Part shown: one piece after another, positions 18,638-28,744 of the stretch
Position numbering within the stretch: position 1 is the first letter of the stretch
Layout: each line of letters begins with the position of its first letter
Assembly (NCBI GenBank): GCA_024642365.1
Contig: JAHEBE010000001.1
Location: 7,894 to 71,893 of the forward strand
Reading direction: 5' to 3'
Origin: Algoriphagus sp.
GTDB taxonomy: Bacteria; Bacteroidota; Bacteroidia; Cytophagales; Cyclobacteriaceae
Length of the DNA stretch: 64,000 bases
Translations under genes and position numbers: made by a program
The notes under the pieces: model-generated
What the model saw: only the letters and a program-made list of their open reading frames with translations
Database searches by the model: none
Told to the model about the DNA's origin: nothing

Positions 18638-20968
18638 TTACTTCTTCTTCGCCTCCTTCATCGGGTTGCTTCCCGAAGCTGCACCACGTACTCCACCAGA
18701 ACGCTTATACATTTCAAAGCGGCTTGGCATCATTTCTCTAGGCCAGTAGTTGCTGCTCTCATCGATATCAGCGGTCTCACGATTTGGATCCAAGACCAAC
18801 TTCACCACTTCTTTCTGCTTCGCAAAAACTTTGCTGACTTCGGTTTCATTCTTTCTCCAAATCTCTACTGGGATCTTCTCAAGTTCAGTAGTTCCATCAG
18901 CAAATTGCCATTCCAGAATAATAGGCATCACCAATCCACCTTCATTTCTGAATTTCACCTCGTAGAAGTTCAAATTGCTATTCAAGAGTTCCTTCTCCTT
19001 TGGACTTAGGCTAGCCATAAATTTCTTATAAGATTCTTCATCTGCAGGAGTTACCTGGAATGGATTGTAAGTCGCATAGAAATCCTTCGTGGCAGGATCT
19101 GCCTCCACATAAGTTTCTTTGATAGCAGTTGTATTCTTAGATCTGGAAACGTAAGTCTCCTCTAGGTCAGCGGCCTCTTTCTCCGCAGCAGCTTTCTCCG
19201 AAGGAGTACGATTGTCAAGCTTATACCAAGCGACATTTTCAATCGAAATATCTACCGCTTCAGTTCCATAGAACCAGCCTCTCCAAAACCAATCTAAATC
19301 CACCGCAGATGCATCTTCCATCGTACGGAATAAATCCTCCGGAGTCGGATGCTTAAACATCCATCTTCTTGCGTATTCTTTAAATGCATAATCAAAAAGC
19401 TCACGTCCCATCACCGTCTCCCGAAGGATATTCAGTGCTGTGGCTGGCTTCGCGTAAGCATTTGGACCAAACTGAATAATATTTTCCGAGTTAGTCATGA
19501 TCGGCTCCAAGAGATTTTTCTCGCTTCTCATGTAAGGCACGATCTTGTGCGCAGGCCCTCTTCGAGAAGGATAGTTACGATCCCACTCCTGCTCAGCCAT
19601 AAATTGCATAAAGGTATTCAAGCCCTCGTCCATCCAAGTCCACTGGCGCTCGTCAGAATTGACAATCATTGGGAAAAAGTTGTGTCCCACTTCGTGGATG
19701 ATTACGGAGATCATTCCGTTTTTGATGGCTTCGGAGTAGGTTCCATCCGAATCAGGACGACCATAGTTGAAGCAGATCATTGGGTATTCCATTCCATTGG
19801 CAGCCTCCACTGAGATCGCGGTAGGGTAAGGATAATCAAAGGTGTGCGCAGAATACGACTTGATCGTATGTGCAACTACTCGAGTAGAATACTGTCCCCA
19901 AAGTGGATTAGCTTCTTTGCCATAATAAGACATCGCCATGACGTCTTTGCCACCTTGCTTCACAGCCATCGCATCCCAGATGAATTTTCGGGAAGAAGTC
20001 CAGGCAAAGTCTCGCACATTCTCAGCTTTGAACTTCCAAGTCTTAGTTGCAGTCGCTTTGGATTTCTCCAATTTCTCTGCTTCCGCTTGAGTACGGATCA
20101 CCACCGGCTTATCAAAAGTTTTCTTCGCGGTATTCCATCTATCCAACTCTGCTGAAGAAAGCACTTCTTCCGGATTCTGAAGTTCGCCTGTAGCACCGAC
20201 CATATGGTCGGCAGGTACAGTGATATGCACTTCGTAATTACCAAAAGCCAAGGCGAATTCACCAGAGCCTAAGAATTGCTTGTTTTGCCAGCCTTCAAAG
20301 TCGGAGTAAACAGCCATTCGAGGAAACCACTCTGCCATAGTATAGAGGTAATTGCCATCTCCAGCAAAGAACTCATAGCCTGGACGCCCGCCAATAAAAC
20401 CTGTTCGGTCGTGGATATTAAATGACCAGTCGATTGCAAATTCAAAGGATTCGCCCGATTTCAGTGGAGCAGGCAAATCGACACGCATCATGGTCTGGTT
20501 AATGGCTACGTTCAATGTTTTTCCATCTTTGCCCTTCACGTCCAACACTTGATAGGCGTAGTCATCGGTATGCCACAGAATACTCTGCAATTGGGTAAGT
20601 GTCATGCGGTCAGAAATACTGGACTCCGTGCCTTTCGGAGTTTCAGAATCTTTTCCACGCTGATTTTGCTCCAGCTGAACCCAGATGTAGGTTAATTGAT
20701 CTGGGGAGTTGTTTACATAAGTAATTTTTTCTGAACCCTTAATAGATTGATTTTCATCGTTGAGTTCCACTTCGATGATGTAGTTTGCTTGCTGCTGCCA
20801 ATACAAATGACCTGGAGCACCTGATGCTGTTCGATAGACATTTGGAGTGCGGAGCATGGTGCCCAACTGCTCAAAGCGCTCTGCATGATTCTGCTCAGAT
20901 CGCTGCTGCGCGAGGCCTGCAAAGCTTACTGAAAGTGCCAGCGTGGCTAAAATTCCTAATTTTCTCAT
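18638..20968 (-). CDS. Secreted M1 family zinc metallopeptidase
   Basis: Signal peptide; GMEYP, HEVGH and downstream DEG zinc-ligand motifs; ATG 20968. Confidence 0.93.
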   Translation of the reverse strand: MRKLGILATLALSVSFAGLAQQRSEQNHAERFEQLGTMLRTPNVYRTASGAPGHLYWQQQANYIIEVELNDENQSIKGSEKITYVNNSPDQLTYIWVQLEQNQRGKDSETPKGTESSISDRMTLTQLQSILWHTDDYAYQVLDVKGKDGKTLNVAINQTMMRVDLPAPLKSGESFEFAIDWSFNIHDRTGFIGGRPGYEFFAGDGNYLYTMAEWFPRMAVYSDFEGWQNKQFLGSGEFALAFGNYEVHITVPADHMVGATGELQNPEEVLSSAELDRWNTAKKTFDKPVVIRTQAEAEKLEKSKATATKTWKFKAENVRDFAWTSSRKFIWDAMAVKQGGKDVMAMSYYGKEANPLWGQYSTRVVAHTIKSYSAHTFDYPYPTAISVEAANGMEYPMICFNYGRPDSDGTYSEAIKNGMISVIIHEVGHNFFPMIVNSDERQWTWMDEGLNTFMQFMAEQEWDRNYPSRRGPAHKIVPYMRSEKNLLEPIMTNSENIIQFGPNAYAKPATALNILRETVMGRELFDYAFKEYARRWMFKHPTPEDLFRTMEDASAVDLDWFWRGWFYGTEAVDISIENVAWYKLDNRTPSEKAAAEKEAADLEETYVSRSKNTTAIKETYVEADPATKDFYATYNPFQVTPADEESYKKFMASLSPKEKELLNSNLNFYEVKFRNEGGLVMPIILEWQFADGTTELEKIPVEIWRKNETEVSKVFAKQKEVVKLVLDPNRETADIDESSNYWPREMMPSRFEMYKRSGGVRGAASGSNPMKEAKKK

Positions 20969-21020
20969 ATCAACTTTATTTTTAATCTCTATTCTCAATT
21001 CTCTAAACTCATATGTTTCC

Positions 21021-21602
21021 TCACCAAAACTTCGTTTCCATCATCAGCATCATCGCTATTCCCATCACAAATGCCGAAATGATCAAGGTCCATTCTCTTC
21101 GCTTTACTCCAGCCAAACCCACAAAAATTGAAGTGGCCAGGATGAAGATCCCCACAATTACCAACTGACCGATTTCTAACCCAATATTGAACGCCAGGAG
21201 CGGCTGCCAAATACTCGCTTCCTTTCCCAATAGGCTGCGCAGATAATTAGAAAATCCCATTCCATGGATCAATCCAAAGAAAAGTGCCAAAATGTAGTTC
21301 AGGGTAACACCCTTCCCAGAAACTGGTTTAGGTCTTAGAATATTGGTAAATGCCGTAATCGCTATGGTAACAGGAATCAAAAACTCAATCCAATTACTAT
21401 CGAATTGGACTATTTTGAACGTTGCCAAGGCCAAAGTCAAAGAGTGACCGATCGTAAATGCGGTGACCAGGATCAGGATTTTTTTCCAATCTCGAGGAAT
21501 AAAAACTGCGCAAAGTGCCAAGACGAATAAGATATGGTCAAAGCCTTTGAGGTCAAGAATGTGTTGGATTCCTAGACGGAAATATAATTCGAACGAATTC
21601 AT
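21021..21602 (-). CDS. HupE/UreJ family membrane protein
   Basis: GFDHILF, AFTIGHSLTL, FGLIHGMGF, FNIGLEIGQ; multiple TM helices. Confidence 0.88.
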   Translation of the reverse strand: MNSFELYFRLGIQHILDLKGFDHILFVLALCAVFIPRDWKKILILVTAFTIGHSLTLALATFKIVQFDSNWIEFLIPVTIAITAFTNILRPKPVSGKGVTLNYILALFFGLIHGMGFSNYLRSLLGKEASIWQPLLAFNIGLEIGQLVIVGIFILATSIFVGLAGVKRREWTLIISAFVMGIAMMLMMETKFW

Positions 21603-21682
21603 AGGGGTGATTAAACTTCGAAAGAAGTAAATTGCGACAATAATACAGGATAAATCCCAAAAAAGATATCTTCTTATACCAA

Positions 21683-22183
21683 ATGCCACATCTTTCCACC
21701 GCGCTGATTTACCTAGGATGGCTGGTTTCTTTCCACCCATTTTTTATCAGCCTCACTGAAATACGCCAAAACCCAACTTCTAAAAATCTGGAAATTGCTC
21801 AGAAGATTTTCTGGGATGACTTGGAAGTTTCTCTTGCTGCCTACCACAAGGAATCATTCGATATTCTTAATCCTAAGGATAAGAAAATTCTCAATGAAAA
21901 GATCGGAGCTTATCTCACTAGTAATTTTGAAATTTGGGTAGATGGGAAAAAAGTTGAATTAACTTTTCTTGGATATGAGGTTGAAGAGGAGGCAATTTGG
22001 GCCTATTTCGAATCTAAGTCCGTCACACTTTCAAATCAAATTGAGGTTAGGAATAGCATTTTGGTACGGGATATTGAGTCGCAGCAAAATATTGTCCATG
22101 TCTATTTCCCGGGGACTTCCTCACCACGAAGTTTACTATTGGAGCGAGGGAATGAAAAAGGGATCCTACAAGTCAAAAAATAA
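21683..22183 (+). CDS. Secreted protein (DUF6702-like)
   Basis: Short hydrophobic N-terminus followed by HPFFISLTEI; F.DDLE and Q.NIVH motifs. Confidence 0.7.
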   Translation: MPHLSTALIYLGWLVSFHPFFISLTEIRQNPTSKNLEIAQKIFWDDLEVSLAAYHKESFDILNPKDKKILNEKIGAYLTSNFEIWVDGKKVELTFLGYEVEEEAIWAYFESKSVTLSNQIEVRNSILVRDIESQQNIVHVYFPGTSSPRSLLLERGNEKGILQVKK

Positions 22184-22189
22184 ACCACT

Positions 22190-22744
22190 TCATTCCGTAT
22201 CAGCTAGATTCATGGAGTGAATTACTTGCCATCGGTTGTCGATTCGTTTCAATAATTCGACTGTGCTCACTTCGAATGACTCTTTGATTTCTGCTTTTTC
22301 AATAAATTCCCTCACTTGATCAAAATCTCGCTCCTTAATATCTTTAAACGCGATCGTCATATGCGGATGGTAATTCCGATCGCTCAGTTCGTCAACCAGA
22401 TGTAATTCCCGCTTGCAAAAAACCTTTAAATCTGCCTGGAGTTCAGCTAAATTTGAATCTGCCCTTATTTTCCAAAAGATCACTCTTTTGCCAAAAGTAT
22501 CCGTACCCCCTACTTCAAGTTCAAATGGTTTTTTCGAAACAAGAAATCTTTCGAGTTTTTCTATTAAACTATTTTCCTTCCCCTCTCGATAGCTAAAAGG
22601 CATTTTAAGTGTGATATGTGCCGGAGATTTCAAAGCATATTTGATGTTGAACTGGGTTTTGAGCGCATCCTTCATTGCAGTTGCAGCTTCTTGAATCTGC
22701 CCGCTGGGAACAATCGCTAAAAAATACTTCTGCATGTCTTTCAT
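22190..22744 (-). CDS. 2H phosphoesterase (2'-5' RNA ligase family)
   Basis: Two HxT motifs: AHITLK and PHMTIA. Confidence 0.88.
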   Translation of the reverse strand: MKDMQKYFLAIVPSGQIQEAATAMKDALKTQFNIKYALKSPAHITLKMPFSYREGKENSLIEKLERFLVSKKPFELEVGGTDTFGKRVIFWKIRADSNLAELQADLKVFCKRELHLVDELSDRNYHPHMTIAFKDIKERDFDQVREFIEKAEIKESFEVSTVELLKRIDNRWQVIHSMNLADTE

Positions 22745-22847
22745 CTCTTAATATTACCATGAATGGCATTTCTCTGTTCAAAAACAAAAAAACTGTTCGA
22801 ATAACCCAATCAAAACCCTAAATTAAGGGGATAAATCGCAACTCATT

Positions 22848-23762
22848 ATGAAATACTTTTCAAAGGCTATGATCGGTCTAGACTTGACCGAAATGGACGA
22901 CATCCTCATTCAAAAGACCATTGTCTTTTTAAAATTTTTAGGGATTGATAAATGCTATTTTGTTCATGTCGCTAAAAATCTGGCGATTCCGCAAGAGATT
23001 TTGGATAGTCATCCAGAATTATTGGCCCCTGGAGATGAATCTATCGAAGCGATTATTGCCGATAAGCTGAAGCAGTTCGATTTCCCTGAAAACATAGAAA
23101 TCGAAATTTTTGCAGAAGAAGGCGAACATCAATTGGAAATTTTCTTGCGCTGGGCTCGAATCAAAGATGTTGATCTGATTATCATGGGTAGAAAAGAAAC
23201 CCTTGCTGGAAGTGGATCACTAGCCAAAGGTATAGCCAAAAAAGCCCCCTGCTCGATTTTGATGCTACAAGAGAAAAGGGCTGCCAAACTTCCTAAAAAG
23301 ATCATGGTTCCCACAGATTTTTCTGACCATACAGAAATGATCTATGAGTTTAGCGAGCGAATTTGCAATGACCTTAATGCAGAGTTAGTCCCTGTACATC
23401 TTTACCATGTCCCTCATGGCTATTCAAAAACTGGAAAATCCTTTGAGGAGTTTTCTGAAATCATGAAGGAAAATGCGAATCATGATTTCAAAAAGTTTCT
23501 CCATAAAAATCATCACAGCGATTTAGAATGTCATTTTGTGTTAAATGATGGTCTTGATGAAGGAAAATTGCTTCTCGCAGAAGCGGAAAAAATAAATGCA
23601 GATATGATCCTGCTAGGCTCTAGAGGTCGCACAAAATCTGCGGCAATACTATTAGGCTCTGTCGCGGAAAAGCTGGTAATGGTCAACAATGTGTTGCCAA
23701 TGCTAATCTTTAAGAAAAAAGGAGAAACGGTAGGTTTCTTTGAAGCGCTCTTCAGGATTTGA
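22848..23762 (+). CDS. Tandem universal stress protein
   Basis: DLIIMG...GS, MVPTDFS, DMILLGSRG....LLGSVAEK. Confidence 0.92.
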   Translation: MKYFSKAMIGLDLTEMDDILIQKTIVFLKFLGIDKCYFVHVAKNLAIPQEILDSHPELLAPGDESIEAIIADKLKQFDFPENIEIEIFAEEGEHQLEIFLRWARIKDVDLIIMGRKETLAGSGSLAKGIAKKAPCSILMLQEKRAAKLPKKIMVPTDFSDHTEMIYEFSERICNDLNAELVPVHLYHVPHGYSKTGKSFEEFSEIMKENANHDFKKFLHKNHHSDLECHFVLNDGLDEGKLLLAEAEKINADMILLGSRGRTKSAAILLGSVAEKLVMVNNVLPMLIFKKKGETVGFFEALFRI

Positions 23763-24690
23763 TTGGCTTGATCAAGTAAAAGCAGACCTGATCACCTTTG
23801 CCTTCCTGATTATACTGGAGGGCTTTTTTATGCATTTCTTTTAGTTCGGAATCTGTAAAAAGAGATTGAACCAAATCTGGATTCAAGGCTTTGCCTTTTT
23901 CATACAATGCTGTCCCCCAAAATTGAAATGCTGTAGAATCAAAAACTACCTCATCTAATTGAAACCCTATTTCTTCGGACAATTGCGAAAATCCTTGGAC
24001 GGAGGGAATAACCAAATGCCTAGGCGCATCAAGCTGGACCCACAATTCTTTTTTTTCTTTCCAGACCTGAGAATCTGTGACGGGAGTCCTTACCAGTAAT
24101 TTACCTCCAGCCTTAAGTTTTTGAAAACATACCTTCAAGATGCTCTCTGGATCTTCCATGTGCTCAAAGGAGTGATGCATCATAATCAGGTCAAAAGTCC
24201 CTTTGGCAGATTCAAATGATTCACAAAAAAGTTGGAGTGAATCATTTATTTTTTTTGTTTCCGGAATATAAGGATCGAATCCCTCAAGCTTCCTAAAACC
24301 TGAGGCATACATTTCATAGAGCAACTGACCGTTTCCGCAACCAATATCAGCTATTCGGTCTTGCTTTTTTGGCCGAAGTTTTCTCAGCCATTCGCCATAG
24401 CTTGGCGAAAAAAATGGAATAGGTAGAATTCTAAAAACCTCGAGGCGAATCGATTTGAGTAAATTTTTTAACCTAGATGAATAGACTAAAGGAGCTTGGG
24501 AATAGTAGCTCTCTTTGGGGTAATAGTTAGCTAAATCTTTGGGGATATCTATCAACTGGAGTGAGCCACAAGAAAGACACTCACGATACTGAAACTCCCC
24601 AGAAAGTTGAAGCATTCTTTCTTTTGCAGGAACCACCAAAAAATCTTCCTTTCCGCAAAACTTGCAGAGGGATTTGGTATCAATAGGCAT
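23752..24690 (-). CDS. Class I SAM-dependent methyltransferase with N-terminal zinc ribbon
   Basis: CKFC...CLSC; DIGCGNG; HHSFEH; DAPRHL. Confidence 0.88.
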   Translation of the reverse strand: MPIDTKSLCKFCGKEDFLVVPAKERMLQLSGEFQYRECLSCGSLQLIDIPKDLANYYPKESYYSQAPLVYSSRLKNLLKSIRLEVFRILPIPFFSPSYGEWLRKLRPKKQDRIADIGCGNGQLLYEMYASGFRKLEGFDPYIPETKKINDSLQLFCESFESAKGTFDLIMMHHSFEHMEDPESILKVCFQKLKAGGKLLVRTPVTDSQVWKEKKELWVQLDAPRHLVIPSVQGFSQLSEEIGFQLDEVVFDSTAFQFWGTALYEKGKALNPDLVQSLFTDSELKEMHKKALQYNQEGKGDQVCFYLIKPIKS

Positions 24691-26050
24691 TCTCACGGTT
24701 AAAGAGCAACTCGTAAACGGTTTTTACCATGATCCCAAGATCTAGCAAAAACGTCCAATTATTAATATAAAAGGAATCGAGTTTTACGCGAGACCGAATT
24801 TGGTATGGGTTTTCTATTTCACCTCGATACCCACGAATCTGCGCTAATCCAGTAATCCCCGGTCTAATCTTATGCCGAGAATTGTACCGATGAATTTGAG
24901 TTTTAAAAGTCTGATTCATTGGAATCGTATGAGGTCTAGGCCCTACGATCGACATGTCACCAAGCAAAACATTGATGAATTGAGGCATTTCATCTAAGGA
25001 TGAATTCCGAAGGAAAGACCCAATCTTTGTCACGCGAGGATCATTCTTGACGGCTTGTTTTGAATCTGCATAATCATTCGGCGTCATCGACCGAAACTTC
25101 AAACAGTTAAAGACATTATTGTTAATGCCATTTCTTTTTTGAATAAAAAATACGGGACCTCTTGATTCAAATTTAATTAACAAGCCCACTAACGGAATCA
25201 ACCAAGAAAGTATAAATACAATTACTAGACTTGAAAACACAATGTCAAACATCCTTTTTGCCAATCCATTAAGCGCATTGTCTAAAGGAATTTCATTTAC
25301 ATTAATGACGAAAAAATCTCCATATTTTGAAAAAGAAAGACTCTTTTCCAGTTGAAGGCTTCCTCCAGGGATCATTTTTACTTTAATATAATTCTCGTCC
25401 GCGAAGTCAATTACCTGCTTAACTAAGCTAGGCTCTAATTTTTCGTGAATGTAGATCAGATCTAAATCCAATCCCTGTGCTTGCTCAAAGAAATCAAGCA
25501 TACCTCCTCTTGTCAAATTACAATCAGCCTGATCATCAAAATATCCTAGAAAATTGATTCCAAAATCTTTCCTGATCCGAAATACATCAGCAAGTTTTGG
25601 GCTGGTACCTCCTTTGCCTAAAATGATTGCATTTCTGTAATTGTTCCCTTTTACTCGATATTGACGGAGCAACATATGAACTCCAACCCGGAAGGAACTC
25701 ATCAAAACCAACATGCCCAGACCCAAGCAAATAATTGGAATTATTTGCAAACTTGGCGTACGTAGCGGTAACCATAAAATGGCTACTGCACCAATAAACC
25801 AAACTAAAGTCCCTAAAAGCCTTTTAATTGTTTGGTCAAACTCATCAGTACGCCCAATTTCATAATCTTTACGAAGTCCAGAAATCAATACCCACAAAAA
25901 CGAAAGGGGTAAAATCGAGATAAAACTAACTTCTGGGAAAAGGGAGAAATAGTTGAAAACTAAAACACTGATCAGCAACGCAACTAGCGATGCTAAAAAA
26001 TCACTGGTGGTAAAAACCCAAGGAAAATACTTATCAAATCTTCTCTTCAT
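24680..26050 (-). CDS. Undecaprenyl-phosphate sugar phosphotransferase (WcaJ-like)
   Basis: N-terminal TMs; KRMFDI, KFRSM, DPRVT, SLDEMPQF.NVL.GDMSIVGPRP, RPGITGLAQ. Confidence 0.93.
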   Translation of the reverse strand: MKRRFDKYFPWVFTTSDFLASLVALLISVLVFNYFSLFPEVSFISILPLSFLWVLISGLRKDYEIGRTDEFDQTIKRLLGTLVWFIGAVAILWLPLRTPSLQIIPIICLGLGMLVLMSSFRVGVHMLLRQYRVKGNNYRNAIILGKGGTSPKLADVFRIRKDFGINFLGYFDDQADCNLTRGGMLDFFEQAQGLDLDLIYIHEKLEPSLVKQVIDFADENYIKVKMIPGGSLQLEKSLSFSKYGDFFVINVNEIPLDNALNGLAKRMFDIVFSSLVIVFILSWLIPLVGLLIKFESRGPVFFIQKRNGINNNVFNCLKFRSMTPNDYADSKQAVKNDPRVTKIGSFLRNSSLDEMPQFINVLLGDMSIVGPRPHTIPMNQTFKTQIHRYNSRHKIRPGITGLAQIRGYRGEIENPYQIRSRVKLDSFYINNWTFLLDLGIMVKTVYELLFNRENAY

Positions 26051-26134
26051 AAAAATGTCACCTCAAAAAAGGCACCTTATCTTTCAAAAACCATTTAAGT
26101 TCTATTAGATCGACAGTGAGACTCATTTCTCGTC

Positions 26135-26173
26135 CAAAATTAAGAAAAGAATCCTCAAGGCTGATTACTTTTG
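26135..26173. promoter_or_regulatory. Back-to-back -7 promoter elements
   Basis: TAATTTTG on minus strand (26135-26142) and TACTTTTG on plus strand (26166-26173) between divergent genes. Confidence 0.55.
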
Positions 26174-26210
26174 GAATTATTTATTACCTGAACTGCCAAA
26201 AAGGCTATCC

Positions 26211-26882
26211 ATGAGTTTTATTTCTGATTTATTTGCCTCATCTGACCAACCAAATTCACTAGGAGCCAAGTTTCGCTCAAAAAGGCAAGCGGTATTTGAG
26301 GATTTTTTCTTCTCCATTTTTTCAAAAAACGAGCCAATTCGAATTCTTGACCTTGGGGGTACAGCGTATTTTTGGGAAAAAAGTAATATTCCTGATTTAC
26401 CTAATATTTCAATTACGCTCCTCAACCTCCATTTAGAATCAAGCGAGCATCCAAATATCCAAGCTGTAACAGGTGATGCGACAAAACTGGTCGCGTTTAA
26501 AGAAAAAGAGTTTGATTTGGTGTTTTCAAATTCTGTGATCGAACACCTCTACACACGTGCCAATCAACTAAAGATGGCAAATGAAATTCAGCGAGTGGGT
26601 CGTTTTCACTTTATTCAAACTCCCAATAAACATTTTCCTGTCGAAGCACATTATGCACTTCCTTTTGCACAATACATGCCTTCGAGCTGGGTTTATTTCT
26701 TGCTGACCAAAACAAAGCTGAGCAGACTTCAAAAATGGAAACCCGAAGCAGCAAAGCAATATTTGGATGAAATTTTACTTCTTAATGAGCAAGATTTGAA
26801 ATCCTTATTCCCAAACTCCAAGATTTATAGAGAAAAAGTTTTGGGACTCGTGAAATCAATAACTGCCCATAATCTTTATTAG
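26211..26882 (+). CDS. Class I SAM-dependent methyltransferase
   Basis: ILDLGGT, FDLVFSNSVIEH, QTPN.HFPVE.H. Confidence 0.88.
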   Translation: MSFISDLFASSDQPNSLGAKFRSKRQAVFEDFFFSIFSKNEPIRILDLGGTAYFWEKSNIPDLPNISITLLNLHLESSEHPNIQAVTGDATKLVAFKEKEFDLVFSNSVIEHLYTRANQLKMANEIQRVGRFHFIQTPNKHFPVEAHYALPFAQYMPSSWVYFLLTKTKLSRLQKWKPEAAKQYLDEILLLNEQDLKSLFPNSKIYREKVLGLVKSITAHNLY

Positions 26883-28666
26883 TCAGCAAACTGGAGTCGA
26901 ACTAAATTAGCATAGAACCCATCTTCATTTTGGAGAAGCTGCGCATGACTCCCTTCTTCTACAATATTACCATCACTTAAGGCATAGATTCGATCTACTT
27001 TCCGGATAGTCGCTAGTCGATGCGCTATAATGATGGTCGTCCTTCCTTTCATCAATTCATCCAAAGCCTCCTGAACCAAAGATTCAGATTCAGAATCCAA
27101 CGAGGAGGTAGCTTCATCTAATATCAAAATAGAAGGATCCTTCAAGATCGCTCTGGCAATAGCAATTCGCTGCCGCTGACCACCTGAAAGTTTTACACCA
27201 CGTTCACCTACCAGCGTATCCATTCCTTCTGGAAACTGAGAAATAAATTGCCAAGCGTTGGCTTTTTTAGCCGCATTGATCAATTCTTCCTCGCTTGCAT
27301 TAGGCTTTGCATAACTGATATTTTCCTTGATTGAACCTCCAAATAACAACACCTCCTGAGGAACAATCCCGATATGTGAACGCAGACTGGCCAATTCCCA
27401 ATCGGAAACTAGGCGATCATCTACCTTAATCTCACCTTGCTGAATATCATAAAAACGAAGAAGTAACTGAATGATGGTAGATTTCCCAGCACCCGAATGA
27501 CCTGCTAATGCCACTTTTTCTCCAGGATTGACATGAAAACTCAATGATTTCAATACCTCCACCTCAGGTCGGGTAGGGTAGTGAAATTTAACTTGATTGA
27601 ATTCTATTTTTCCTGAGAAATTAGATTTTTGAATTCCAGCAGCTGATTCTTCATCGACTTCGAGAATTTCCAAAACTCGCTCTGAAGAGCCGATTGCCTT
27701 TTGAACTTGACCATAAATATCGCCAAGCCCTGCAATAGATCCACCGATGAAAGTGGTATAAAGGACGAAGGAAACCAAGTCGCCCACACTCATCACACCT
27801 GAACTGACTAGGCTGGCTCCGTACCACATTACACCAACTATTCCTCCAAAAAGCGCGAAAATAATAAATGAAATAAATGCGCCGCGGAATTTTGCAGCTT
27901 TCAATGCCACTCGAACTACGCGAGATAAACCGCTTCCATACCGCGCTGACTCATATGCCTCGCCCACAAAAGACTTCACAGTGCTGATCGATTGCAAAGT
28001 CTCTTCTACAATCACATTGGCTGCAGCAAGTTCATCTTGGGTGGCCTTGGATAGCCGTCGGATAAATCTTCCAAATACCATCGCAATTATTACCAATACC
28101 GGAAATGTGGCCAGCATGAATAAGGTCAACTTTGGAGTGGTCACCATCAAAAAAACTATTCCCGCGACTAAAGTGACCAATTGCCGAAAAAGCTCAGCCA
28201 AAGTCACAGAAAAAGTGTCTTGAAGCATGCTTACATCCGCAGTGATTCGACTGATCAATTCTCCAGTTCTACGCTGATCAAAAAACGTCATGGGTAGCCG
28301 AATCAACCGATCATAAAGCGCCATTCTGATATCGCGCATCGATTTCTCCGAAACCAAGGAAAAAAGCCAAACCCGAAAAAACGAAAACACACTTTGAATC
28401 GCTAAAATCCCCAAAAGCATCAGAGCGATTGAATTGATATCTGAGACAATCCAATCCTTCCCTTGGGCGGTGTCAATTAGCTTTCCTGCAACATATGGAA
28501 AGGTAAGAAGCGTCAATGAGGAAAAGAGCAGGAAGAACAAACCTAGAAAAAACGAGCTGCGGTAGGGTAAAAGAAATCTAAAAATCCCCCCTAGTTTATT
28601 CAAATTCTGCTTCGTCAGCTTCCGTTTCTCACTTGCCTCCAATGCAGCACCGCGTTCTCTTGCCAT
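26879..28666 (-). CDS. ABC exporter, fused permease/ATPase (MsbA/Mdl-like)
   Basis: TM domain; GHSGAGKS, LSGGQRQR, ILDEATS. Confidence 0.95.
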   Translation of the reverse strand: MARERGAALEASEKRKLTKQNLNKLGGIFRFLLPYRSSFFLGLFFLLFSSLTLLTFPYVAGKLIDTAQGKDWIVSDINSIALMLLGILAIQSVFSFFRVWLFSLVSEKSMRDIRMALYDRLIRLPMTFFDQRRTGELISRITADVSMLQDTFSVTLAELFRQLVTLVAGIVFLMVTTPKLTLFMLATFPVLVIIAMVFGRFIRRLSKATQDELAAANVIVEETLQSISTVKSFVGEAYESARYGSGLSRVVRVALKAAKFRGAFISFIIFALFGGIVGVMWYGASLVSSGVMSVGDLVSFVLYTTFIGGSIAGLGDIYGQVQKAIGSSERVLEILEVDEESAAGIQKSNFSGKIEFNQVKFHYPTRPEVEVLKSLSFHVNPGEKVALAGHSGAGKSTIIQLLLRFYDIQQGEIKVDDRLVSDWELASLRSHIGIVPQEVLLFGGSIKENISYAKPNASEEELINAAKKANAWQFISQFPEGMDTLVGERGVKLSGGQRQRIAIARAILKDPSILILDEATSSLDSESESLVQEALDELMKGRTTIIIAHRLATIRKVDRIYALSDGNIVEEGSHAQLLQNEDGFYANLVRLQFAD

Positions 28667-28689
28667 AGTTAGTTTCTAAATTCTGAGGA

Positions 28690-28697
28690 CAAAAGTA
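28690..28697 (-). promoter_or_regulatory. Bacteroidota -7 promoter element
   Basis: TACTTTTG on minus strand upstream of the ABC exporter. Confidence 0.5.
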
Positions 28698-28744
28698 AGT
28701 TTTTTTGAATGATGATGCTTGAACTCCCTAAAAACTCCCTTGCC

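Noticed and set aside
18596-21210. Multiple ORFs antisense or out of frame to the M1 peptidase and HupE/UreJ gene
   Set aside because: Nested in well-supported genes; no recognisable domains
22190-22744. 2H phosphoesterase as part of an anti-phage or RNA repair system
   Set aside because: No neighbouring defence, nucleotidyltransferase or rtc genes; looks like a stand-alone housekeeping homologue
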